From Dehalococcoidia bacterium (lineage in GTDB: Bacteria > Chloroflexota > Dehalococcoidia > JAENJB01): a stretch of DNA of 45,218 bases. The notes beneath the pieces were generated by a model that had not been told where the DNA came from, searched no databases, and saw nothing but the letters and a program-made list of their open reading frames with translations. Below, one piece after another: positions 32,695 to 42,848 of this stretch (its first letter is position 1; every line of letters begins with the position of its first letter). The stretch is from assembly GCA_016844565.1 (NCBI GenBank), contig JAENJB010000001.1, positions 1-45,218 of the forward strand, read 5' to 3'. The translations under genes were made by a program, and so were the position numbers.

Positions 32695-32852
32695 GGCTGC
32701 TTGGCGGGAGAAGCCTGCCGCGACGCCTCTGATTGCATTCTCTGAGACGCTCCTCTATGATAGGCGGTATTCTGGCGGCGAGTCCCGTCCCGGAGGGTAG
32801 CCGGGTGTAAGAGGTGAAAGGGACTGCCGGCCTTATCCGATGAGTTGCAGCG

Positions 32853-33917
32853 ATGCCGTCTGACAGTGAAGACAGGGTACGGGGTCAACACCCACCCGAT
32901 TGCACCTGTTTCGCGTGCGCCAAGAAAAGGCGCGAAAGCCTCCGTGACGCGGAAGAGCCGCTCTCGTCGGCGCGCCGCATGCCGTTGGGGGCAAGGGAGC
33001 CGAAAGCCGCCGGCGAACGGCTCGCGGGCTACCGCCTGTCCGACATCCTGCCCAAAGTGGGTCTGAATCTCGTTATCCTGGCCGGCCTGGGCGCCCTGGT
33101 CCGGTACGGCTATCTCCTGTTCACCCACGAGCTTGGCCCTTTGCGCGGCTCAATCCTCTTCATACTCGGCATCGCCGCCTGGGTCGGAGTGATATGGCTG
33201 GTACGCCGGCGGTACCGCTACGCGCCGCCCGGCTTTGTGCTGACCACATCCCTGACCGTCGCGGTTCTCCTGATCATGACCTTCGCCGGAGTTGAGCCGC
33301 TGGCTGCCTTCAAGGACAACCTGCTCGGGAAGGAGCGGCCGACCGCACCGGCCGCCCTGGCGGCGCCGCCACCGCCAAGTTCACCGGAGGCGCCACCACC
33401 GACGGAAACACCGGAGGCCCTGAGCCTCTTCGAAAAGGATGTCTTTGACCTCATCAATAACCAGAGATACTACGTGGGCGTGCCGCGTACCCGGTGGGAT
33501 GACAGCCTATACGCGGCCTCGAAAGGGCACACTCAAAACATGGCCAACCAGGGGCAGCCTTCGCACTCGCCGGAGGGCGGTCCCTACTGGGAAAACGTCT
33601 TCTTCATGGCGCAGGGCTACGAACGCTACACCAATAAGGAACTGGCCAAGCTCATCGGCGAAGCCTGGGTGGCCAGCCCGATACACAAAGCGTGGCTGCT
33701 GCACGAGCCGCTTGAGCATTCCGCCGTGAGCATTGTCAAAACCCAGAAGAGCGTCTTTGTCTCCTGGACCATCTGGACGAGCGAAGTTGGTGAGAGACCT
33801 TTCACGGTCACGAAGGCTGAGGGGGAGTGGATGCAGGAGACAGGAGGCGCAACACCCTGGTCGGAGTGGCTGATAAAGAAGGGGTACTTCGGGGCAAACC
33901 CGGCTCTCGTGTGGTGA
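32853..33917 (+). CDS. Membrane-anchored CAP/SCP (PR-1-like) domain protein
   Basis: The N-terminus has a CxC..C cluster, followed by three hydrophobic helices, a Pro-rich linker and a CAP-like region (INNQRYYVGVPRTRWDD.LYAASKGHTQNMA...HSPEG). Confidence 0.8.
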   Translation: MPSDSEDRVRGQHPPDCTCFACAKKRRESLRDAEEPLSSARRMPLGAREPKAAGERLAGYRLSDILPKVGLNLVILAGLGALVRYGYLLFTHELGPLRGSILFILGIAAWVGVIWLVRRRYRYAPPGFVLTTSLTVAVLLIMTFAGVEPLAAFKDNLLGKERPTAPAALAAPPPPSSPEAPPPTETPEALSLFEKDVFDLINNQRYYVGVPRTRWDDSLYAASKGHTQNMANQGQPSHSPEGGPYWENVFFMAQGYERYTNKELAKLIGEAWVASPIHKAWLLHEPLEHSAVSIVKTQKSVFVSWTIWTSEVGERPFTVTKAEGEWMQETGGATPWSEWLIKKGYFGANPALVW

Positions 33918-34002
33918 GAGAAATGCTGCGCGCTATCCCGGGTATCCGGGAGTTCATCGGTGTAGATGAGTGATGCCGAGGATAGCTATACCGCCTCACA
34001 GT

Positions 34003-34950
34003 TTAGACTTCTCTTTGGTACTGCACCCAGGTGAGCATCTTGCGGAAGCCTACCGACTCGTAGAGCTTGGTGGCGCCAGTGGGGTTGTCGGCCTCCACGC
34101 CGAGCAGGGCCGTCTCCACGCCGGCGGCCTTGAGACGGTTCAGTCCCGCCAGCAGCATCGCCCGCCCCAGTCCCATCTTGCGAAACTCGCGGCGCGCGCC
34201 CAGCAGGCTGACCCAGCCCTCCTTTCCTCCTGTCTGCGGCTTCTCCTCCGTCATACCCTGGCGGCAGAGGCAGAAGGCGGCGAAGGCGCCGTCCGGCGCC
34301 ACAGCGAGCAGGTCGAGCCCCGGTTCGTAGAACGGGGCCGACAGCCTTCGCCGGTACTCCTCGATGGTCAGGCGGGCCGTGCGCTGGCTCTCCGCAAACG
34401 TCTCGTTGTGCATCGCTACCCACGCCTCAGCCTCCGCTTCCCCTGCCGGGGCGCGCAGCTTGAAGCCATCCGGTAGCTGCGGCTCGGGCAACTCGTCCAG
34501 CCGCCGCGCCATCATGAACATATAGCCTGCAACGGTGAAGCCGCTTTTTTTCAACAGGGAGTTGCGATAGGACTCGTCGTCACGCGCCTGAGTAACCAGC
34601 CTGGCACGAATGCCCTTCTCTTGCCCAGCCGCCCGCATCCGCGCCACGGCCCACTCAATGATGCGGTCTCCGAGGTCGCTGCCGCGCGCCGCGGGATGGA
34701 CGCTGAACCCGAGCCAGCCTTCGATGCCTTCCGGCGACGGACGTATGGCCTGGATGTTGGCGAAGCCGGCCAGCTTGCCGTCGTCATCCTCCCACAGGGA
34801 TATGAACTCCGGCGCGGGTGCCTGGAGGGAGTGGCGAAGGCCGTCCACGGAGACGCCGAAGCCCAGCCTGTCGGCCTCTTCACAGGCGTTGAGGAGATCG
34901 GCGAGCGGTTGCAGGTCTGCTTCCCCGGCGTAGGGACGCTGATGAATCAT
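34003..34950 (-). CDS. Tandem-GNAT N-acetyltransferase (mycothiol-synthase-like architecture)
   Basis: Two acetyl-CoA motifs are present (VHPAARGSDLGDRII and ARREFRKMGLGRAMLL). I prefer ATG 34950 (GGAGGAG 5 nt upstream) over 34974. Confidence 0.85.
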   Translation of the reverse strand: MIHQRPYAGEADLQPLADLLNACEEADRLGFGVSVDGLRHSLQAPAPEFISLWEDDDGKLAGFANIQAIRPSPEGIEGWLGFSVHPAARGSDLGDRIIEWAVARMRAAGQEKGIRARLVTQARDDESYRNSLLKKSGFTVAGYMFMMARRLDELPEPQLPDGFKLRAPAGEAEAEAWVAMHNETFAESQRTARLTIEEYRRRLSAPFYEPGLDLLAVAPDGAFAAFCLCRQGMTEEKPQTGGKEGWVSLLGARREFRKMGLGRAMLLAGLNRLKAAGVETALLGVEADNPTGATKLYESVGFRKMLTWVQYQREV

Positions 34951-34998
34951 CGTTTCTCCTCCCGAATCCGACATTACAATACCGGCCAGAAATATCGT

Positions 34999-35135
34999 GT
35001 CATTGCGAGCCCTTGGACAGGCTCAGAGCCTGCCCTGAGTTGGCCGAAGGGATAAACTCCGCGAAGCAATCTCCGGGCTCCTACTACCCAGAGCCGTGTG
35101 AGATTGCTTCGTCGCCTCCGGCTCCTCGCAATGAC
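34999..35135. repeat. Family A element (137-bp variant carrying a family D-like insert)
   Basis: The left end GTCATTGCGAGCCC is followed by a D-like GCCCTGAGTTGGCCGAAGGG. The right 75 bp are identical to 14748-14822. Confidence 0.85.
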
Positions 35136-35147
35136 AGAGGGGGACGG

Positions 35148-35181
35148 ATGGCTTCGTCCCGACATGTCGGGACGAAGCCAT
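35148..35181 (-). terminator. Perfect 34-nt palindrome 7 nt after the uvrA stop (possible terminator; also a stand-alone copy of the family A side hairpin)
   Basis: The sequence is ATGGCTTCGTCCCGAC-AT-GTCGGGACGAAGCCAT. No U-tract follows on the uvrA strand. Confidence 0.5.
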
Positions 35182-35187
35182 GACACG

Positions 35188-38076
<2,889 letters not shown>

Positions 38077-38177
38077 AGCTATAAAAATGAGAGACAGGGT
38101 GAGACTGAGTGTACCGAGACTATGCAGGAATTATACCATTCGGCGGCATATCGGACAAAAAAAGCCCGCTGAAGCTA

Positions 38178-38206
38178 TTGACATTCGACATCTAATATTT
38201 TATCCT
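38178..38206 (+). promoter_or_regulatory. sigma70-like promoter (TTGACA-17-TATCCT) in an AT-rich gap
   Basis: The -35 box is a perfect match and the spacer was counted as 17 nt. It lies 33 nt upstream of the small zinc-ribbon gene. Confidence 0.55.
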
Positions 38207-38238
38207 CTATACATATATATTCAAATAGGAGGGGAACC

Positions 38239-38379
38239 ATGCAAGCATATTGTATGAAATGCCGCACCAAGAGGGAAATGAGGAACGCCAAGGCCATAAC
38301 CATGAAGAATGGCAAGCCGGCCACCCAGGGCTTGTGTCCGGTTTGCGGCACCAAGCTGTTCAGAATAGGCAAAAGCTAA
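38239..38379 (+). CDS. 46-aa zinc-ribbon protein (CxxC...CxxC; DUF5679-like)
   Basis: It is not in the ORF track because it is under 60 aa. My translation is MQAYCMKCRTKREMRNAKAITMKNGKPATQGLCPVCGTKLFRIGKS. AGGAGGGG lies 5 nt upstream and a terminator follows. Confidence 0.7.
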   Translation: MQAYCMKCRTKREMRNAKAITMKNGKPATQGLCPVCGTKLFRIGKS

Positions 38380-38425
38380 GGCTTCTCCCAGACCAGGGAG
38401 ACCGGGTATAGCACTATTATCGAGT

Positions 38426-38478
38426 GGACTGGGGTCCCTTTAAGGTAAAGGCGCCCCAGTCCCGCGTTGTTATTTTTT
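38426..38478 (+). terminator. Intrinsic terminator
   Basis: The stem is GGACTGGGG...CCCCAGTCC (9 bp), followed after 7 nt by tTaTTTTTT. Confidence 0.7.
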
Positions 38479-38560
38479 GTATCCGCACGCCTAACTTTTT
38501 GCTCGCCTCCCCGTTGTATATGTTAGGTTGTTTCAGTGTGCAAAAAGCAGGAGGAGACGA

Positions 38561-39667
38561 ATGAAGATTTTCAGGTATTATGTAGTCGTTGCTCTGGTGG
38601 TATTCGGGCTGGTGGTCACCGCCTGCGCTGCCCCACCAAAGTCAGGGCCAGCGCCGCAACAGCCGTCAGCAACGCCCCCCACTCCCTCAGCCCCACAGCT
38701 CACCCGTGAACAGCAGTTGATTGAAGGGGCCAAGAAAGAAGGACAGGTCGTCTTCTGGACCCATAGCTGGCTTGACTCTGAAGACTCTTTCAAGAAGGCC
38801 TTTCAGGCGAAATATCCTTTCCTCAAGCTGACTACATGGGAAGGTTCGCCGGCGGACATCGACCGGGTGGTTGAGGAGGCCAAGGTGGGCAAGCACAACA
38901 TTGATGTGGCCATCTACCCCGACGTCAACCTACCACCCTGGCTCGACAACGGCATCCTCCTCGACTACGAGTGGCCCGAGACAAAGGGGTGGGTCGGCCA
39001 ACCCGCTCACAATTTCTGGAGAATCATCAGCGTCGCGCCTATGGGCCCCGTGTATAACACCAAGCTGCTCAGCGCGGCCGAGGCCCCGACGACCTATGCC
39101 GCGATGAAGGATGCCAAGTGGCGTGGGAGGTCGCTCATCTCCACCTCGGGGCATGTGACCCCCCTGATCACCGGATACTTCATGGGCGGAGGAAAGCTGG
39201 ACTGGGAACAATCGGTCAAGTTCTGGAAGGACGTGGTGGATACCGCCAGGCCGAGGACCGTACGCGGCTTCACCGCTCCACTGGAGCTGGTCTCCGCCGG
39301 GGAGATGCCCCTCTTCATGTGGTCCTCCTTCAAGTCCACGGTCCGCTACATCTGGATGGGGGCGCCCCTGGGCATGGCCGGTCCCAAGACCACCTCCGGC
39401 ACCAACGATTCTATCGTCGTGATGAAGAACGCGCCTCATCCAAATGCCGCCAAGCTCCTGGCCGACTTCTTCACCTCCGAAGGGCTGATTACCTACGCGG
39501 ACAAGAACGCCGCCTGGGTCCCGCACCCGGAGCTGGGCAAGCGGGCGAAGATGAACCAGGAGATGACGAAATGGGGGTTCGAGGTGATGGTCCTGCCGCA
39601 AGACGTGATGACCATCCCAAACATGAACAGGGCGCTGGAGTTCTGGACCAAGGAACTGTTGCGCTGA
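38561..39667 (+). CDS. ABC transporter substrate-binding lipoprotein (family-1 SBP, Fe3+/AfuA-like; substrate uncertain)
   Basis: The signal peptide has ...VVTAC and a Pro-rich linker follows. The SBP-like body includes KKEGQVVFW. I prefer ATG 38561 (GGAGGAG upstream). Confidence 0.85.
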   Translation: MKIFRYYVVVALVVFGLVVTACAAPPKSGPAPQQPSATPPTPSAPQLTREQQLIEGAKKEGQVVFWTHSWLDSEDSFKKAFQAKYPFLKLTTWEGSPADIDRVVEEAKVGKHNIDVAIYPDVNLPPWLDNGILLDYEWPETKGWVGQPAHNFWRIISVAPMGPVYNTKLLSAAEAPTTYAAMKDAKWRGRSLISTSGHVTPLITGYFMGGGKLDWEQSVKFWKDVVDTARPRTVRGFTAPLELVSAGEMPLFMWSSFKSTVRYIWMGAPLGMAGPKTTSGTNDSIVVMKNAPHPNAAKLLADFFTSEGLITYADKNAAWVPHPELGKRAKMNQEMTKWGFEVMVLPQDVMTIPNMNRALEFWTKELLR

Positions 39668-39702
39668 TAGACTTCCTTCTACGTCCGTCCTGTTGCTGTT
39701 CC

Positions 39703-39814
39703 GTCATTGCGAGCCCTTCGCCGAAGGCTCAGGATGAACTCCGCGAAGCAATCTCATAACGTCTGCTTGGGATTGCCGCGTCGTCCCGATTTCATCGGGA
39801 TTCCTCGCAATGAC
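39703..39814. repeat. Family A element (112-bp variant)
   Basis: The sequence reads GTCATTGCGAGCCC...ctCCGCGAAGCAATCTC...GTCGTCCCGATttcATCGGGAttCCTCGCAATGAC. Confidence 0.85.
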
Positions 39815-39856
39815 AAGAGGGTTAACAAACAGTATCTATAGTCTGGAGGGCGTGCC

Positions 39857-41584
39857 CTGAAAGCAGAAGCGAAGGTTACCTTTCTTGACGCCAAGAAGGT
39901 AACCTTTATTCTTGTCACCGCCTTCGTCGTCATCCTGGCGGTGATACCCGTTTTCTTCCTCCTGTGGGACAGTTTCAAAGACGTCCAAGTCGGCAACCTC
40001 CTTGACCTCAGCCTCAACAATTTCACGCTCAAGAACTTCCGTGTGGCCTTTGCCGACCCCAGAACGCCGGCGATGATCGGTAATAGTCTCATCTTCGCCT
40101 TCGGGGCTATGGCGGTGGCCTTCGTCTTCGGAGGCGTTATTGCCTTTCTGGTAGAGCGGACCAACACCCCCTTCAGAAATTTCATTTACGGATTGATGTA
40201 CATCCCCCTGGTCATGCCCAGCATGCTCAAGGCCATCGCCTGGATCCTGCTCCTCAGCCCTACTATCGGATGGTTCAACAAGGTGTGGTTCCTCTTCGGA
40301 TTCACCCAGCCGCTGTTCAACGCCTATTCCGTGCCGGCCATGTTCTGGGTAGAGGGACTGTCCATGGCGCCACTCACCTTCCTACTCCTCGGCGCCGCCC
40401 TCCGGGCCATGGACCCCTCCCTTGAGGAAGCGGCCTTCACCGCCGGGGCCAGCAAGCCTGTCACCCTCTACCGGATCACCTTCAGGCTGATGACCCCCGC
40501 CCTCGCGGGCATAGCCCTCCTGCAGTTTATCCGCGGGCTGGAGGCCTTCGAGGTGCCCCTGATGATGGGAGCCGGGCAGGGGCTCATGGTCTTCAGTACC
40601 AATATCTATATGAGTATGCGGGAGATGTTTCCCCCGGCCTACGGAGAGGCCTTCGTCTCCAGCCTGGCCCTCATCGCCCTCAGCGTAATAGGCTTGGTCC
40701 TGTACCAGCGGGCCATGAGTGGGGCGGAGCGCTATGCCACCATCACCGGCAAGGGATACCGTCCCCGGCTGATGGACCTCGGGCGGTGGCGGCGGGCGGC
40801 GGGGGCGTTCATACTCTTCTTCCTCTTGGTGGCCGTGATACTGCCGTTCTTCGTCCTCCTCTGGGCCTCCTTCTTGCCGTACTATCAGCTACCCTCAGCA
40901 GAGGCCCTGAGCCTGTTCACCTGGAAGAACTACCGCTTTCTTCTGAGCCGGCCGGAGTTCCTCTTGACGCTGAAGAATACGGCCATCCTGGGCGTAATCG
41001 TCGCCGGCGGCGGCATGCTGCTGGCGACCCTCATCTCCTGGATGGTGGTCCGGTTGAAAGTGAAGGGCGCCAGGCTCCTGGACGCCCTGGTATTCATACC
41101 ATACGCCTTGCCGGGCATAGCCATCGGGTTCAGCTATATGATCTTTTTCCTGATGTTCCCCAACCCCATCTACGGGACGATATGGATTCTGGTGCTGGTT
41201 TACCTGGTCAGATTCCTGCCCATGGGGACGCGCTTCACCCATGCCGGCCTGGCACAAATAAAGGCCGAGCTGGAGGAAGCCGCCAGCACCAGCGGGGCCG
41301 GTCTTTTCACTATCATGCGCCGCATAATCATACCCCTCATGCTTCCTTCTTTGATCGCCGGAGCGCTGTACCTGCTCATCCTCAGCATGAAGGTGTTGTC
41401 CATGGCGGCGGTCCTGTACACCGCCCAGTCCCTGATTTTGCCGGTGCTTCTTTTCACCCTGTGGAGGGATGGCAGCATACCGTTGACCGGCGCCCTTTCC
41501 GTACTGATGGTACTTGTGCTCTCAGGCCTGACCATCCTGTCCCGCAAGCTGGCCCAGCGCCGGGGCATGGTGGCTGAAGCATGA
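39857..41584 (+). CDS. ABC transporter permease, fused double-domain (FbpB/iron(III)-type, about 12 TM)
   Basis: It has two MetI-like halves. The first canonical start (GTG 39941) would truncate TM1 (VTFILVTAFVVILAVIPVFFLLW). The start is tentatively CTG 39857, which has GGAGGG 6 nt upstream, and remains uncertain. Confidence 0.85.
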   Translation: MKAEAKVTFLDAKKVTFILVTAFVVILAVIPVFFLLWDSFKDVQVGNLLDLSLNNFTLKNFRVAFADPRTPAMIGNSLIFAFGAMAVAFVFGGVIAFLVERTNTPFRNFIYGLMYIPLVMPSMLKAIAWILLLSPTIGWFNKVWFLFGFTQPLFNAYSVPAMFWVEGLSMAPLTFLLLGAALRAMDPSLEEAAFTAGASKPVTLYRITFRLMTPALAGIALLQFIRGLEAFEVPLMMGAGQGLMVFSTNIYMSMREMFPPAYGEAFVSSLALIALSVIGLVLYQRAMSGAERYATITGKGYRPRLMDLGRWRRAAGAFILFFLLVAVILPFFVLLWASFLPYYQLPSAEALSLFTWKNYRFLLSRPEFLLTLKNTAILGVIVAGGGMLLATLISWMVVRLKVKGARLLDALVFIPYALPGIAIGFSYMIFFLMFPNPIYGTIWILVLVYLVRFLPMGTRFTHAGLAQIKAELEEAASTSGAGLFTIMRRIIIPLMLPSLIAGALYLLILSMKVLSMAAVLYTAQSLILPVLLFTLWRDGSIPLTGALSVLMVLVLSGLTILSRKLAQRRGMVAEA

Positions 41585-41604
41585 GGCCAGGCAGCCTACT
41601 CCTT

Positions 41605-41679
41605 GTCATTGCGAGCGAAGCAATCTCCTAACATGCCTGATGAGATGGCCCCGCCCGTCTACGGCATGCTCGCAGTGAC
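41605..41679. repeat. Family A element, degenerate
   Basis: The sequence reads GTCATTGCGAGCGAAGCAATCTC...GAGATgGC...CTCGCAgTGAC. Confidence 0.6.
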
Positions 41680-41714
41680 AGATTCTTCTGGCTAAGAAAC
41701 CTCAGTACACCCTC

Positions 41715-41743
41715 TTGTCAAAGTGGAATCTTAGATGTAGAAT
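41715..41743 (+). promoter_or_regulatory. sigma70-like promoter (TTGTCA-17-TAGAAT)
   Basis: Counted directly. It implies a leader of about 118 nt before GTG 41868. Confidence 0.5.
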
Positions 41744-41867
41744 ACGTGATGGTGGTTTCGGTTTAGGTTATCACATGCTTGGTAACATCTGCTTGATCCT
41801 GCACAAGGCTGGATGACCGTAACACGAACCAACTATTTTAACCTACCAAAGAAGAGGAGGTCATCCA

Positions 41868-42179
41868 GTGGCTTTTCAGGACAAGTCGCTCCAGTGCGCC
41901 GATTGCGGGGCCAGCTTCAGCTTCACCTCAGGGGAACAGGAATTCTTTGCCTCCAAGGGTTACACTAACGAGCCCAAGCGATGCCCCACGTGCCGGCAGT
42001 CGCGGAGGGCGGATAGGGGTGGCGGCACCAGCTCCGGCTCGGGTTTCAGGTCCCAACGCCAGATGTTCCCGGCCGTATGCGGCGGATGTGGCAAAGAGAC
42101 CGAAGTCCCGTTCGAGCCTCGCGATGGCAGGCCGGTATACTGCAGCGACTGCTACAGCAAGAACAAACCTAGCAGGTAG
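41868..42179 (+). CDS. Double zinc-ribbon protein (N-terminal zf-trcl-like CxxC..CxxC; C-terminal CxxC-x17-CxxC domain)
   Basis: The N-terminal part reads LQCADCGASFSFTSGEQEFFASKGYTNEPKRCPTCR and the C-terminal part reads AVCGGCGKETEVPFEPRDGRPVYCSDCY. The start is GTG with AGAGGAGG upstream. Confidence 0.8.
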   Translation: MAFQDKSLQCADCGASFSFTSGEQEFFASKGYTNEPKRCPTCRQSRRADRGGGTSSGSGFRSQRQMFPAVCGGCGKETEVPFEPRDGRPVYCSDCYSKNKPSR

Positions 42180-42212
42180 ACAAGCAGTTTCATCTGAAGG
42201 ACACGCGAGGGG

Positions 42213-42533
42213 TTGCCCGTCAGCCCCTCTTCATCTTCTCTCCGCCACTGCTACGGAAGGGACTCACTTTCCGAAGTGTTTCAGTCCTATCCTGAGGTGA
42301 TGTTGCGCCGTCTTTCCGTTGAGGAAGCTCTTCCCAGGATGGAGCAGTTTCTCGATGAGGCCTTCATAGGCGGGTTGAGATGCGTGTGCGTCATCCATGG
42401 CAAGGGAACGGGCACCCTCAGGAGCGTTGTTCGCGAGAGACTCTCCCATCATCCGCTGGTCAGCTCATACCGCGCCGGTCTTGATGGGGAGGGTGGTGTG
42501 GGGGTAACCATCGTGGACCTGGTGGAGAAATAG
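42213..42533 (+). CDS. Minimal Smr (small MutS-related) domain protein
   Basis: The protein reads LSVEEALPRMEQFLDEAFIGGLRCVCVIHGKGTGTLRSVVRERLSHHPLVSSY. The start is uncertain (TTG 42213, GTG 42297 or ATG 42300). Confidence 0.75.
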   Translation: MPVSPSSSSLRHCYGRDSLSEVFQSYPEVMLRRLSVEEALPRMEQFLDEAFIGGLRCVCVIHGKGTGTLRSVVRERLSHHPLVSSYRAGLDGEGGVGVTIVDLVEK

Positions 42534-42566
42534 CGGACCCCGTGCCTTAGACTGTTTGTCAACACC

Positions 42567-42625
42567 GTTCGCCCTGAGCTTGTCGAAGGGCCGTTCATGG
42601 TTCGACAGGCTCACCACGAACGGCC
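42567..42625. repeat. Family D repeat (GCCCTGAGCTTGTCGAAGGG ... TTCGACAGGCTCACCACGAACGG)
   Basis: It contains the hairpin GGCCGTTC...GAACGGCC. Related modules lie at 29755-29778, 35025-35052 and 25782-25803, and inside cbiD at 11638-11660. Confidence 0.7.
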
Positions 42626-42660
42626 TGTGAAGAAGTTGCTAAACAGCCAATGCCCTTTGT

Positions 42661-42690
42661 TTGAAGGGCTTTCCCCCGCTGGGCTATAAT
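42661..42690 (+). promoter_or_regulatory. sigma70-like promoter for tRNA-His (TTGAAG-18-TATAAT)
   Basis: The -10 box is a perfect match and ends 25 nt before the tRNA. Confidence 0.55.
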
Positions 42691-42715
42691 GGGCCCGGTT
42701 TTTCTGCTGCCTCAT

Positions 42716-42793
42716 GGTGGGCGTAGCCCAGAGGCTTAAGGCGCCAGGTTGTGGCCCTGGAGATCGAGGGTTCGAATCCCTTCGCCCACCCCA
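42716..42793 (+). tRNA. tRNA-His (anticodon GUG) with encoded G-1 and 3' CCA
   Basis: I folded it by hand. G-1 precedes the acceptor GTGGGCG/CGCCCAC. The anticodon stem is CCAGG/CCTGG with loop TTGTGGC. The T arm is GAGGG-TTCGAAT-CCCTT and the discriminator is C, followed by CCA. Confidence 0.93.
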
Positions 42794-42848
42794 TTTTCCT
42801 CCTCCGTATGCCACGATATATCTCGATGTGCAGGGAAGGACGGGAGCG

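Noticed and set aside
42714-42848. The N-terminal 45 codons of the track ORF for the molybdoenzyme.
   Set aside because: This stretch is the tRNA-His gene read as protein. The ATG at 42849 directly precedes the conserved Fe-S cluster motif.
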